In this document: piece by piece, positions 1 through 41,705 of the stretch
Position numbering within the stretch: the stretch's first letter is position 1
How the letters are laid out: every line of letters starts with the position of its first letter
Assembly: GCF_009914755.1 (NCBI RefSeq)
Contig: NC_060943.1
Origin: the human T2T-CHM13v2.0 reference genome, Homo sapiens
Length of the DNA: 64,000 bases
Strand: one strand, 5' to 3'
The notes under the pieces: model-generated
The model's database searches: none
What the model was told of the DNA's origin: nothing
The model's input: only the letters and a program-made list of their open reading frames with translations
Translations under genes and position numbers: made by a program

Positions 1-333
<333 letters not shown>

Positions 334-605
334 TTATGTAACATATAAAATCACACAAGCTACATAAGCAAGATGTCATAGAAAAATACCACAGGCCCTA
401 ATTTATTTATAGACATATAAATGTAACAAAAACATACTGATCAAATCAGTGAAAAATTTACAAATAAGTGTGTGCAGTGCCCCAGGTGAGTCCAATGCAA
501 AGAGCCACATAGAAGGAAAATATAAATTGGTTACATTTACCCAACACAGCTTTTTCTGCTCTCCAACATAACATAGTGCCTTTAGAAGTAAATTGCCAAC
601 TCCAA

Positions 606-1004
606 TTATTTTGCATATAGCGGAATACCTGAGAGTGGATAATTTATAAAGAAAAAAGGCTTATTTTGCTCACAATTTGGCAGACTGTACAAGAAGTGTG
701 TGTCAGCATCTGTTTCTGGTGAGGGTCTCAGGAAGCTTACTGTTATGGTAGAAGGCAAAGAGTAACTGGAAATGTCACATGGTAATAGGGAAAGTGTGAG
801 GTGAAGGAGCCAGGTTCTTTTAATGAACCAGCTCTCTTTTGAATTAACAGAGTGTAAACTTTCTTATTACCAAGACTATGGTGCCAAGTCATTCATGAGG
901 AATTCACCTCCATGACAAAAATACCTTTTTCCAGATCCCACATCCAACACTGAAGATTATACTGCAGCATGAGGTTTGGAAACATGGACATCCAAACCAT
1001 ATCA
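606..1004 (+). mobile_element. MaLR MST-type LTR
   Basis: aatacctgagagtggataatttataaagaaaaaaggcttattt...gagggtctcaggaagcttac...ggacatccaaaccatatca matches the MST consensus. Confidence 0.75.
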
Positions 1005-1399
1005 CAGACAAAGGAGACTTAACAGACTCATACAAACCTTTCCAGTAAAAAGCAAGACAATATACAATATTCTTCTTTGCATCTTGTGTATTCTGCTAGG
1101 ATAAATACCAAGTCTTATTAAATTTAAGAATACCAGCTGGGTGCAGTCGCTTATGCTTATAATCCTAAAATTTTGGAAACAAAAGTAGGAGGATCACTTG
1201 GGGCCACAAGTTTGAGACCAGCCAGGGCAACATAGTGAGACTCTGTCTCTACAAATAATAATAAAAAATTAGCCAGGGATGGTAGTGCATGTCTGTACAC
1301 CCAGCTACTTAAGGGGCTAAGGTTGACTTGAGCCCAGGAGGTTGAGGCTGCAGTGAGCCAAAATCATGTCACTGCACTCCAGCCTGGGCAAGAGTAAGA

Positions 1400-4230
<2,831 letters not shown>

Positions 4231-4875
4231 AAGTACTTTTTTTTTTTTAAGACAGGTTCTCACTTTGTCACCCAAGCTTAAGTACAGTGGCACAATTATG
4301 GCTCACTGTAGACTCTAACTTCAAAGCTCATGTAATCCCTCCCCCTCAATCTCCCAAAAAGCTTGTACCATGGGTGCATACCACCATGCCTGGCTATTTT
4401 CAAAAATTATTTGTAGAGAGGGAATCTCCATATATTGCCCAGACTAGTCTCAAACTTTGGCCTGAAGCAATCCACCTGTCTTGGCCTCCCAAAATCCTGG
4501 GATTACAGATGTGAGTCACCATCATGCCTGAAATGTACACTTCAATAGATTTAAGATGGTAAATTTCATGTTACATGTTTTTACAACACTAACATTAAAA
4601 AAAAACAAAAAAATACAGCATTATAAACTTTTTAAAAAATTACCCTCAAATTACAAAAGTGTTTCTCTCATACAAAGAAAATATACATTCATCATTAAAC
4701 ACATGGTGAAAATAGACTATTTCCATGACTACTAACTTAGAGAAGACAAAACAACCATTAAAAATTAGCTAAAAAATAATATATACAAGATAAGCTTTAA
4801 CCAAAATTGGGGTCATATATTTATAAACACACACACACATATATAATATGATTGTGATAGACATTTGGTGATTGA

Positions 4876-5001
<126 letters not shown>

Positions 5002-5315
5002 TGAGTAGCTGGGACTACAGGTGCGTACCACTATGCCCGGCTAATTTTTTGTATTTTTAGTAGAGACGGGGTTTCACCGTGTTAGCCAGGATGGTCTCAT
5101 CTCCTGACCTTGTGATCCATCTGCCTCAGCCTCTCAAAGTGCTGGGATTGCAGGCGTGAGCCACCGTGCCCGGCCAATTAAAGCCCAATATGGGATTTAA
5201 TTATCTCTTAATTAAAGCATACAGAATTGAAAATTGTCTGAAATTATAATACATAGGTAAAACCAAAAAACACAATAAACTGATGTTAAGAAACCTACAC
5301 TGAAGAAATACACTA

Positions 5316-5546
<231 letters not shown>

Positions 5547-6360
5547 TCAGGAGGCTGAGACAGGAGAATCGCTGGAACCTGGAGGGGCGGAGGTTGCAGT
5601 GAGCCGAGATCATGCCATTGCACTCCAGCCTGGGCAACGAGAGCAAAACTCCATTTCAAAAAAAAAAAAAATCTGGTATGCAACATTGATGCACCATTAA
5701 AGAAGAATTTGTTTAGATAACTACAATATTTGTAACTTTGTACTTCTGCATCATTGGCATGAACTGTACAGCAGTAAAATTTTAGAGAAAATGCAGTATA
5801 ATCATAAATACAAGATTGTAATGAGAAACTTTTAATAAACATTTAAAAGAAACTATAGATAATTTTTATATTTTAAGTAGATGCTATACTTACAAAAAAT
5901 GAAACTGCTGTAATCCAACTTTAGAGGCAAAGAATAGCCTTACAACTAAATTACATATATATATATATATATATTTTGCAGAATACGGTTACAGCCTCTG
6001 ATATATAAAACAAATATTTGGGAATAAATTATATTATTTATAATTAGGGTACAAAAGTAGGTACAAATCCTATCATTCTCTTTTACCTACAGCAAACTTA
6101 AATTTATAACTATATTAGTAAATATGGAGTGCTTACTGATTATCTAATTTACTTCAGACATAATATGTAAATTCTAGTATAATTGTCCTAAATGTCTGAA
6201 TCCAAAATTACAGACAAATTTGGAAATAAAAAATAGAAACTGGGTCAGGCATGGTGGCTCATGCCTGTAATCCCAGCACTTTGAGAGGCTGAGATGGGTG
6301 GATCATTTGAGGTCAGAAGTTATAGACCAACCTGACTAACATGGTGAAATCCCATCTCTA

Positions 6361-6561
<201 letters not shown>

Positions 6562-8348
6562 CTAAAAATGTATAGGGAGAGTGACAACAGTAAGATGGAA
6601 AAATAAAAGGTGCCCTACTTGCTTATCCCCACAGAGCAAGAACGTTTCTCAGCCATCCTAGACAAAAATGCCTTTATGAGAGCCAGGAGGCATCATGGCT
6701 CACACTTGCAATGACAGCTACACGGTACATTGAGGTAGGAGAATTGCTTCAGGTCAGGAATTTAAGATCAGGCTGGGTTATGTAGCAAGACCCCATCTGA
6801 AAAATAAGTTCCTTTAAAAGAGCTTTGAGATCCAGGCAGGCAGTTGTAAAACTCACATAAAGCCCAAGATTAAGGAGTTTTCTTTTTCAGAAGGCAGGCT
6901 CTCATTCAGGTGGCAAACTACGGGACCCCTGTTCTTAACTACAGACCAGAAAATGGCCCACCCAACTTGGTCCCACAGAAAATTCTGAACTTACTCTGTA
7001 AGCATCCCAAACTGCTTCCAGCCACAGTTTGGGAGAGGTCCTGTTCTTCAAAAGGCCTGGAGGAAGATACTGGTTTATAGTGATGCAGGCCTTTACTGTG
7101 GACCCTGAAGCAGTTCAATGACTGTTCCAGCTCCCTGAGCCATGGTTTATGGCCAGTTCTGCCTAACTAGAAACCCACACAGTTACCTGGGGAAATCCTC
7201 TCTGGTACTCAGTGAAAACCGCACTCATCCACAACCTGATATAAAGCCCACCATATGCAGACCCGACTGCAAAAAACTGCCCTAGTGTTCTGCCCTACAG
7301 AGGAAAGTCCAAAAATAAAATGGAAATTACAACTACCCAAGCCCCTTGTAACAAGCCAACTAAAGGCGGACCCTAGTGCAGACTCAGCAGCCTTGTGACC
7401 AAGCAACGACCCCTCTTCACTACAGGCCAGGGGTGGTGGCTCATGCCTGTAATCCCAGCAATTTGGAAGGCCGAGGCAGACAGATCACCTGAGGTCAGGA
7501 GTCTGAGACCAACCTGGCCAAACATGGCGAAACCCTGTCTCTACTAAAAATACAAAAATTAGCCAGGCATGGTGGCATGGGCCTGTAATCCCATCTACTC
7601 GGGAGGCTGAGAGAGAAGGCAGAGGTTGCAGTGAGCCGAGATTGTGCCACTGTACTCCAGCCTGGGTGACAGAGCAAGCCTCTGTCTTTAAAAAAAAAAA
7701 AAAAGCCACGGTATCCAAAGTGATCTATAAATTTAATAAACTTTCTATCAAAATTCCAGTGGGATTTTTTTCACAGTAATGGACAATGCAATTCTAAAAT
7801 ATACATGAAACTAGAATAAACTTTGAACAAAGCAATCTTGAGGAAAAAGAACAAAGCAAAGAAACATCATAATTCATAATTTCATATTATTTAAAGGCTA
7901 CAGTAATAAAAACAGGATGAACTGTGCAGAAAATATACAAAGAAATCCAATGGAACAGAAAGCACTACTCACACATTTCAGACATGATGTAAAGAAAGAA
8001 CTTAAAAAATAGTTTAATATACAGTTTCTCAAAAGTATGCAGATATTTGTGTGTCCCCCAAAAGAATGGAAAAGCAGTCAGATTGTTCAGTCTCTTAAAT
8101 GTCATGAAGAGGACTTTGGCTGTCATGGTAAACTTGAAGGAAGATCACCGAAGGGAAATAAGAATCCTGAGAGAATGTAAAAGCATAAGACAGAAGATAC
8201 CCTTGTGTGAAAGCAAAATGAAAAAACTCAGGCTTTCCAGAAACTCTTTCCTTTGGAACACAGCTTCCCAAGTCACATTTTAAGGACTGGCTTTCCCCTT
8301 AACCTTTGGACTTCTCATCTGTGTTTGTTGTATTCACTTTCACTCTCA

Positions 8349-8847
<499 letters not shown>

Positions 8848-8850
8848 TGA

Positions 8851-9282
<432 letters not shown>

Positions 9283-9483
9283 TAGATTTTAAGTTGTGGG
9301 CAACAGTATTTTATGCCACTTAATTTCTGGAATTACTACTAATCTGGAGTGAAAGATCAGCTCAGAAATGTGGAAAGTTCAGGTCAAGATGAAACATCTT
9401 GAAAAAAATTCTTTAGTGCGCCAACAAATCCCAATTTTTTTGAAAACAGGAATCTGAAACTCATGAATGCAAAGTATAAATTA

Positions 9484-9687
<204 letters not shown>

Positions 9688-10375
9688 CTAAAAAAAACAA
9701 CACATACACACACAAACACACACATTTACCAAGTGGCCACAGGCAGAATTTATAATTTGACTCAAGGTAAAATGAGAGAGTAAAGAGAACAGGTACTGAC
9801 TTATAGAAGAGACTGAAATTATCCAATAAAATAATTCTTTTCATGGAATTATTCTCCAATGTATTTTCTACCCCTGAGAAAAGAAAGTGATGTAAGATCC
9901 ACAACATCAGTGTATATATAATACTTTTCTGGATGATAAACTGTAAAATTAAGGGCATGAACACAAAAGTAAATTTTTGAGTTCTCTATTTGCATCATAC
10001 AGAATCAGTTGCGAATATTTTTCAGATAAAGACATGTTGAGTTAGAAGGGACCTTTAAAATATTAAGGTGTACAATAAACTGAGGATCCTGTTAATGAAG
10101 ATTATTTTTTCAGAAGATCTGGAATAAAGTCTGAGTTTCTAAGTTTCTAACAAGCTTACCAGTAATGCCAATGATTTTGGCCCAGAAAGACTATTTTGTC
10201 AAACATCCAGTAAATGGAAAAGTCTGTGTTTTTTTTCTAGTTTTTCTGGCAAGTAAACAAAGATAAGAGCTTTCATTTTCAAAAGACAGATAAATGCAAA
10301 GAAAACCTAAGAAAGAAGAGCAGCTGCCAGATTAAATGTGATGGTTTACGTACATCAGTTGCATAAAGATTCTTA

Positions 10376-10555
<180 letters not shown>

Positions 10556-11198
10556 TCAAGGGGCTGAGGCAAGAGAATCGCTTGAACCCGAGAGGTGGAG
10601 GTTGCAGTGAGCTGAGATCACATCATTGCATTCCAGCCTGGGTCAAAGAGCAAGACTCCATCTCAAAATAATAATAATAATAATATATATATATAATATA
10701 TACATATATATTAATATATTTTATATATATACACACACATATACATTTAAAAAAAAGACAAATGGCTGGGCATGGTGGATCACACCTATAATCCCAGCAC
10801 TTTGGGAGGTCAAGGTGGGTGGATCACGAGATTAGGAGTTCGAGACAAGCCTGGCCAAGATGGTGAAACCCCGTCTGTACTAAAAATACAAAAATTAGCT
10901 GGGTGCGGTGGCGGGTGCCTGTAATCCCAGCTACTCAGGTGGTTGAGGCAGGAGATTTGCTTGAACCCAGGAGGCAGAGGTTGCAGTGAGCCAAGATGGC
11001 ACCACTGCACTATAGCCTGGGTGACAGAGAAAGACTCTGTCTCAAAAAAAAAAAGAAAGAAAAAAGGAAAATAATTATTTAGGGAAAGAGTCTGTCAGAG
11101 AGCCCTTGATAATCAAGTGAATAATTAACATAAAATGTACTAGAACAAATTTTAAGATGTGCTGATGCACGCAAAAAGACACAGCATCACTGCTGTGA

Positions 11199-11423
<225 letters not shown>

Positions 11424-11466
11424 TGAGTAGCTAGGATTACAGGCATGTGCCACCACACCTGACTAA

Positions 11467-11601
<135 letters not shown>

Positions 11602-12989
11602 TAATTTTTTTTTTTTTTTTTTTTTTTTAAGATGGAGTCTCGCTCAGTCGCCCAGGCTAGAGTGCGGTGGCGCGAATCTCCGCTCACTGCAAGCTCCTCC
11701 TCCTGGGTTCATGTCATTCTCCCGCCTCAGCCTCCAGAGTAGCTGGGACTACAGGAGCCCAGCACTACGCCCTGCTATTTTTTTTGTATTTTTTTTCGTA
11801 GAGACGGGGTTTCACCGTGTTACCGCGCCTGGCCAACCAGGCTGTAATTTTTAATAGTAATTTTTAGTAGTCTATCTTTAGCACCCATAAAGCAAGTATA
11901 TCCTGATAGTATTTTTCAGAACTTTCTGCTTTATAAATGTCTTCTTGTTTAAACAAGCATTTTCTGAATCCTATTCTGCATAGAGCTAATAAAAAACAGA
12001 CTGAAACTCAACATTACATGTTCTCCATTTTTAGTAAGGACCCCAGTTTTCCCCAATAGAAATCTTGAGTATCCACACCTTCCCATGTTCAACAACCATG
12101 AAAGGATCATTTTTAATATTGCAGTTCATAAAGTCATGGTGAGAATTCTGCATGGCATATTAGAAGCCATGATGTAGAGAATGTAGAGAAGGCTCTGTTA
12201 TATAGAAAAGAAATATTTTGCAGAGACCCTTGCCTATCATAAAAATTTAAAAAGCAGTTAAAACAAACTCATTAGGGAGGAAAAACACAAGTAGCAAAGT
12301 ACAGGTTTACAAGTACTAAACACATGGCATTCCAGGAAGCAGAGTGGACACAGCTCTTGATCTGAGACATGTTTAGCTGAAAAAAAGCCATTTTTTTCTC
12401 TGTCTCTGGGAATCCTTTCCAGATGAGATTCTCTGGACAAATTACACCTGCATCTTGAGAATATGCCTTTAAAGCTGTCAGCACCACCTATTTGCCTACT
12501 ACCACCACACCCACAGGCAGAAGGACCAAGACCTGCAGAAAAAGTTCACCTATTTTTGTCCTTTATAACCGAAGAGATTCAGCAAGAATGAACTGCTCCA
12601 CGGAGATGCTAATATGAGTTTCACCTTTTCTATCCTCAGGTGCCCTCCTCTGCCATGGACACCAGCAATTTTTGCTACAGTAATGGAAATATGGGCCACA
12701 CTGTCCTGTCCCTACCAAACCCAAACAGAACAGGCCCTGTAACCACCCTTTAGTGCAAAGTAAAACTTAACTCTTGTGTATGTATCTTGAACCTTTTATA
12801 CTTGATTCTAGCCTCATTTTGGAGTCACATGAGGCACTTAATTAAAACAACATGGATGCTTCCACGCAGAATCTGAACCAAATTATAAACAGAACAATAA
12901 GCAGGCCTGACCTAAATAAGGCCTCCAAAAGGGGTGAATCTGAACAGAAAAAAAGCAGAGAGATGAACCTATGTAGAATTCTGTTCCGT

Positions 12990-13344
<355 letters not shown>

Positions 13345-15189
13345 CTAAGACAAAATTAAATTCCAGAGTTTGTGTAATTTTAATCTTTTTTAGCCGCTGC
13401 CCTGTCAATTTCATAACATATACCAATAAGCAATTTAAACAAATCCCTTAAGGTTTTCTAGGAGAATTTATTATTGTAAGATAAATATGTATTCTTAGCA
13501 AGGTAAGATGAATAGAAACAGTACTATTTTTTCAATAAACATTCCTTCAAGTGATGATATCAGAAGTCAGAACAATACAAAGAAAGTGGACAAATAAAGC
13601 CAAAGTTTTTTTTGCACACATCTACTCATTGTACCAACAATATAATGCTAAATTCAACCATGTATCCAGTTGCTAGCCTAGACTAAAAATTCCTGGATGA
13701 TAGGGATGACTGCTTCATCTATTTTTTTAATGGCCATAAGAAATGGTAGAAATTAGTTTATCTGTTTGAGTCTCCAGATCTCCTGTTTTTCACCCAACTA
13801 CAAGAAAACTGCAAAAACTCTCATCTGGGTACCATCTTACACAAGATGAGAAACAAGAACAGCATGACTAATTTATCCTAGACTGAGACAGAGCAGAATT
13901 AACCATTCTTGTCAGCATGACACAATTCTGTTCTGGACATTTTCAAATGTCGCAAAGATGTCTAGTTGATTGTGAGAGGATTCCAGTGACCCAGAGCTGA
14001 CTGCCCAATGATAAGCCGGGCAAGAAAGAATCAGGCCTTTTTTTTTTTTTTTTTTTTTTTCGTGAGATGGAGTTTCGCTCTTGTTGCCCAGGCTGGAGTG
14101 CAATGGCACAATCTCAGCTCACTGCAACCTCCAAGCGATTCTCCTGCCTCAGCCTCCCAAGTAGCTGGGATTACAGGCATGTGCAACCACACCTGGCTAA
14201 TTTTTTTTGTATTTAGTAGAGATGGGGTTACACCATGTTGGTCAGGCTGATCTCAAACTTCTAACCTCAGGTGATCCATCCATCTCGGCCTCCCAAAGTG
14301 CTGAGATTACAGGTGTGAGCCACCACATCCAGCCTCAGGCTGATTCTAAATAGAAAATAGAACTGCCTGGCCAGGCGCAGTGGCTCACGAATGTAATCCC
14401 AGCATTTGGGGAGGCTGAGGTGGGTGGATCACGAGGTCAGATCAAGACCATCCTGGCTAACACGGTGAAACCCTGTCTCTACTAAAAACACAAAACAAAA
14501 AAAAATTAGCCGGGCGTGGTGATGGGTGCCTGTAGTCCCAGCTACTCTGGAGGCTGAGGGAGAATGACATGAACCCGGGAGGCGGAGCTTGCAGTGCACC
14601 AAGATCGTGCCACTGCGCTCCAGCCCAGGGCGACAGTGAGACTCTGTCTCAAAAAAAGAAAATAGAACTGCCCTGGTAGAGCTCCAGAACCTGCATCACC
14701 TGTCCTGATTAGCTAGCTCTTAGGTAAGAAAAAAAGACAAAAATACCCTACTCCAGTATCGTATTTTATGGGTAGGTATAGCTGTGGTCATAGCTCTGGA
14801 CATTTTGTGGTCTTGATCTCTCACTCCTAAGATGCTTGTTTACACTTACAGATTCTGCCATTAGATTCTATTTACACCTGGAGCCTCTCACGTAAGTGTT
14901 AGCAGGTCACTGAGCAAAATCTGAAAAGTTCAAAAAGCCACACTCTCAAAGGGGTCTTTAAGGTGTCTATGTTGATTTCTCACAATGCAGAAAATGTCTC
15001 TTGCTAATTTTCTGTACATTCTCAATCCAAAACCTGGCCCTGTCTTGTGAATCCCAGGCAGAGGCCAAACTATATGTACAGATTCTATGTTGGATCAACC
15101 TGGCTCTGCATTCTTGGGTGTTAAAGCAAGCAGGGTACAATCAAAAGAGATCCCCTCATAGAGGCTGCTGTAGCACATTTAAAATAATA

Positions 15190-15978
<789 letters not shown>

Positions 15979-16315
15979 AGTTTTTTTTTATTTCTCAAAT
16001 CTCAAAACCCAGAATCAGAATTTGGGGCTGCAGATTTAGTGGAGCTAAATCTGGTGGTGTGGCAGCAGGTTTCACCTACACAGTTTAGGGCATTTTTAGC
16101 AAGAGGAAGAAAGTGGAGATCCTCATGTCCTCATGTCTACTCAATGCACACGTTACTTTGATCGGGTTTCTGGGCCCCATGGTCTGTGAATCACTTTCAG
16201 GTCTGAGGATACAAGAGTCATTGAAAAAGGTAAAATAGCCTGGGTCAGTGGCTCACGCCTGTAATCCCAGCACTGTGGGAGGCCAAGGCAGGTGGATCAG
16301 GAGGTCAAGAGATCA

Positions 16316-16615
<300 letters not shown>

Positions 16616-16960
16616 TTACATATACCAAATAGGCAAAAAAACAATTCCACCTGCATATTTAGGGGACATCATACACTTTGCAGCACAATTGTGAATAGAT
16701 GGGAAGCCTGAAAGAAAAAGTTTCCTCTAGATTAAAGGTTAGTTGGCACCTTATGTGTTTATATTATGTCTGGTAATTCAAGACAGTGTTTGGAAATGGA
16801 ATTTAAAAAAAATTTCTGCAGCCCCAGAGAAACTCCAAAATGATAGAACAGAAATAAAATTGTTTATTACACAATTAAACCAGAATGTGAGCAGCATGAC
16901 AGTAAATCTGCTTAAGAGATTGCAAAGACAGAAAGAGAGTTCAGCAGGCTCACTAAGCCT

Positions 16961-19990
<3,030 letters not shown>

Positions 19991-20314
19991 TCCCAAATCA
20001 AGGATAAGCAATGAATCTGAGGTCTTAAATAAAGACAATCTTGAGTCAAAAGAATGCCAAAAGATTTGGCTGTTAATATGATTTAAATATATTTCAAAAA
20101 AGCAATAAAAATATCTCCATATAATCTAAATGCTTTAAGATAAAAGAGTTGAACAAGATAGTCTCTCTTATTTTCAGGTAGGATAATAAAGCCTCTGATT
20201 TATATTTTCTTTTACAACAGCCAGGTCTCTGGACATATTGAACTCTTGAACATCTGAATTTCAGTAGACATTGGATTCATTGAGCTCCGTCTCAAAAAAC
20301 AAAAAAACACAAAA

Positions 20315-23382
<3,068 letters not shown>

Positions 23383-23723
23383 CTAGGAGGTACCAAGTTT
23401 CATCTCATAAAATTTAGCATTAAACTCAGAAATCAAGATGATAGGATATAGAATACAGATAATCACCTCTACAAATTTACCCTGCAAAGAGAGTAACTGA
23501 TGTTTTTATGAATCTGTGTAACTCACCACTTATATACCACGTTTTCTTATAAAAATGTATTAATTTTGTACAGCCAAATAAAATAGATTTTCCCTATTCT
23601 TTTCCTTGGTAGCATTCTAAAAGCTAAGCCTTGGAATTCTGTTGAAAATCACCCAGCCATAAAATAAAAGACACCTGAGAAGATTCCTAAACTCACTCTG
23701 GGAAAGAGAAAGGTAAATGATAA

Positions 23724-24047
<324 letters not shown>

Positions 24048-24334
24048 TAGCACACATAGCCATGGTGGTTATCTTGGTTTATCCCTAGACAGTACTGAAA
24101 CCCAGGATCAGAAAAAAAAAACAAAAACAACAAAATGAAGTGTGGCTGAGGAAAAATCACCCACATTTTTCGAAAGGAAAAACTTGACCTAAAAACATTC
24201 TGAAAAAGTCTCTGGCTGGGTGTGGTGGCTCATGCCTATAATCTCAGCACTTTGGGAGGCCGAGGCAGGTGGATCTCCTGAGGTCGGCAGTTTGAGAACA
24301 GCGTGACCAACATGGGGAAACCCTGTCTCTACTA

Positions 24335-24801
<467 letters not shown>

Positions 24802-25007
24802 TCAAAAAAAAAAAAAAAAAAGTAAAGAAAAAAAGAAAAGGAAAAGAGGCACAGAGATTTTTATTTTTTACAAACAGTGTAAGGGGATTATTTTTTGCTT
24901 TCTTTTCAATATGGAAAATATTTTCAAATAGAAAACAAAATTTAGGCCGGACTCGGTGGCTCACGCCTGTAATCCTTGCACTTTGGGAGGCCAAGGCGGG
25001 TGGATCA

Positions 25008-25343
<336 letters not shown>

Positions 25344-25504
25344 TCAAAAATATACAGATATCTAAAATATCTTTATCTAAAACGTATCTCTGTATCTAAA
25401 ATGTACACTAAAAAAAAAAAAAAATAGCCCGGCTCGGTGGCTATTTTTAAGTGCTGTAATCCTAGCACTTTGGGAGGCTGAGGCGGGTGGATCATCTGAG
25501 CTCA

Positions 25505-25714
<210 letters not shown>

Positions 25715-25822
25715 TCAAAAAAAAAAAAAAAAAGAAAAAAAAGAAAAAATAGTTGATAACGTGAATTGCGGAGAAGAAGGTGGCATTTGGGAATGTCAGA
25801 AATAAAGGAAAATCTAGTTTAG

Positions 25823-26008
<186 letters not shown>

Positions 26009-26109
26009 TAGACGGGGTTCACCATATTAGCCAGGCTGCTCTCGAACTCCTCACCTCGTCATCCACCCACCTCGACCTCCCAAAGTGCTGGGATTAAAGG
26101 CGTGACCCA

Positions 26110-26880
26110 CCGCGCCCGGCCGACTCTCCTGTTTCTAATAGACCAAAAGAGGGACTAGAAATGCCACGGACCAAAGCTCTTCCTATTCATGAAACTGCAT
26201 CACGAGTCAGGATTCTCTCCTGACGACCCTCCTGTGGCCCCTGCACAATTTGGGAGAGACGCCGCGTTGCGGCTGCAGAGCTGCCCACAGAGGGCTGCAG
26301 GCCGGGACACAGTCACTGCGCAGAGAAGAGACAGGACGCCCGGGGCTGCCTCCCAGAGCAGCCGCCATCTTATGGCTGAAGGGGATTGAGGCCGAGCTGG
26401 GCAAGAACTCCGGCACGCGCAGATTGTGGAGCTGACTGCGGGAAGGCCTGAGTCACGCCACAGCCCCTTCCCCCTCTCGGGATGTCGGACCGGCACTCTC
26501 ACCATTTCTAGGCTTCCGGGGGGTCCTGGCGTCTTAGCTGTGGATCCCCCAATACCCGCAGGTCACAGAGCCACAGAGGCTGGACCTCTAGCAGCAGAGG
26601 ACACAGAAGAACGAAGACGAGACGCAGAGCTCCAACTGCAGCCAGAGACAAAGGCCCCGCCACATCCCGGAAGCCGCCCTGTCCTCTCCTGCCCCGTGCC
26701 TGATTGGACGGTTTCCAGCCCAGCGTCCCTGATTGGATAACTTCTAAGGTCCTGCCCCCGCAAACCCTGAATGAAAGATGTGATCAGACGCTGGGCTGAA
26801 AGAAGAAAGAATGACAGCCTAGGCTGCCGCCTTTTCAGGCAGGGCTTCCTCCCTGAGCAGAGCAGGCCCAACCCAGAGGG
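26110..26880 (-). promoter_or_regulatory. Proximal CpG-island promoter of ZNF43
   Basis: CpG-rich. ETS/GABP CCGGAAG at 26667-26673, two CCAAT boxes (ATTGG on + at 26703 and 26732), and an intronic YY1-type GCCGCCATCTT at 26361-26371. Confidence 0.85.
26503..26665 (-). CDS. ZNF43: ZNF43 proximal first exon (5'UTR plus terminal ATG at 26505-26503; the TSS boundary is approximate)
   Basis: ...GGAAGCCTAGAAATG|gtgagag is the typical ZNF91-family exon-1 end. Splicing to KRAB-A gives [13 protein letters not shown]. Confidence 0.88.
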
Positions 26881-27075
26881 TATTTGCCTTTAACCTTGTG
26901 TATAAGGTCATCTTCACTTATAAGTAATATACTATATGGATACTAAAAAATGAAAACAATTGTTTTTGAATTTCAGCTTTTATGACCTTCCTGGCTTCTG
27001 GCCCTTTGAGTAGGAAGTATTACAAACATTGAATATTTTATTATTTATCCTCTGTGGGGTTTTTCTTATTCTTGA

Positions 27076-27240
<165 letters not shown>

Positions 27241-27800
27241 TAGAGATGAAGCCTCACTAGATAGCCCAGAATGGTCTCAAACTCTTGGGCTCAATGAATC
27301 CTACAAAGTCAGCCTCCCAAAGTACTGGGATTATAGGCATGAACCATCACATTCAGACTGAATTATTTTATCAAAAAATTTTTTTAAAGCATTGAGGTCC
27401 ATTAATAGAATTCAAGGAAATGTTATGCACATGTTTTAAAAGCAAATTAAAAAGCATATACAAAAAGAGAACATTTTTTAAAAAACTAAATATAGGTAAT
27501 GTTACCAGAAAAAGTTTAGATCTCCTGACTTTAAGTTGCAGTATGCTAATGGAATATTCTTAGTGGATAGTATTCCATTTTCATAAGAAATTCAAAACAA
27601 GATAATTTCCAGGTTTTAGAAACTGATGTAAAACATAAAAATATAGAAAATCTCTAATGTGTTCCCATGATATAGTATTACTTGAAATATAAACTGGGCA
27701 AACTCAGCAAAAGACAATTTAATCTCAAATTTCAAAATAGGTACAGAAGTTCTAATGGAATAATAAATGGAATCCAGGATTTTATTCATAAAAAGGCTAA

Positions 27801-28040
<240 letters not shown>

Positions 28041-28258
28041 TGACCCCATGCCCAGCTAATTTTTTTATGATATATTCATTTATTCAGATTACTCGATAAT
28101 TAAAAATTATATTTTCTATGAATACCAGCTAATTTTTTGTATTTTTAGTAGAGACAGGGTTTCACCCTGTTAGCCAGGATGTCTCCTGACCTGGTGAACT
28201 GCTCGCCTTAGCCTCCCAAAGTGCTGGGATTACAGGTGTGAGCCACCATGCCCAGCAG

Positions 28259-28768
28259 CTTTTAAACATTTTAGGAAAGCATGAGACATCAATCAATATG
28301 TATAAGATCTTCCTTCCCTACCTTTTTCCTTCTCCACCTCCTCCTTCCTCTCTCTCTTTCTTGGTTTGATCCAGTAATGCAGGACAACTTGAGGTGAGGG
28401 CTTCCAGGTCATAAGTAAATAAGAGATAAAAGTCTGGATTCTTGAGTCCTTGATAAGCATTCAACTGAATACAATTTAGTCTGGCTCAGTGAACCTGCAT
28501 ATCTAAATTAACAGCAGTGCAGAGGAAGCAATCAGATGTGCATTTGTCTCAGGCGAGGCTCAGAGAAATGACTCTGAGTTCTGTCTGTCTTTGGTTCTCA
28601 AGGAATTTCCTTGTTGGCTAATTGTAAAGAAAGTATGTAGCTTTTTTATCTTTGTAGCTATCTTATTTAGAAATAAAATGGGAGGCAGATTTGCCTGACA
28701 TAGTTCTCAACTTGACTTTTCTAGTGGCTTAGTAATTTTGGCATCAAGAGATTTATTTTCCTTTAGCA
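28259..28768 (-). mobile_element. MER4-family ERV1 LTR
   Basis: gggcttccaggtcata...gcaatcagatgtgcattt...aaaatgggaggcagatttgcc...gatttattttcctt, the reverse complement of the MER4A 5' end. Confidence 0.7.
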
Positions 28769-28807
28769 GTGGAAACCTCTTTCATTATCAAGTGTAGAGG
28801 TTAATAA

Positions 28808-29216
<409 letters not shown>

Positions 29217-29237
29217 TAATTTTATAGTGGATCTTAA

Positions 29238-29372
29238 TGTTGGAGGCATTCAAACCAGAGCAACTCAATCTTGAATAGCAGCTGTGTGAAATATGCTGAA
29301 ACCTACTTGGCTGCCTCCCCAGGTTAGGCATTCTTAGTCACAGGATGAGATAGGAGGTCAGCACAAGATAAA
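29238..29372 (+). mobile_element. MER41 LTR 5' fragment abutting the beta-satellite array
   Basis: tgttggaggcattcaaaccagagcaactcaatcttgaatag...ggttaggcattcttagtcacaggatgagataggaggtcagcacaagata. Confidence 0.75.
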
Positions 29373-29384
29373 CAAGATACACTG

Positions 29385-41705
<12,321 letters not shown>

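Noticed and set aside
26200-26505. 101 aa ORF starting at the ZNF43 ATG
   Set aside because: Read-through into intron 1 past a consensus donor (ATG|gtgag); openness is expected in GC-rich DNA.
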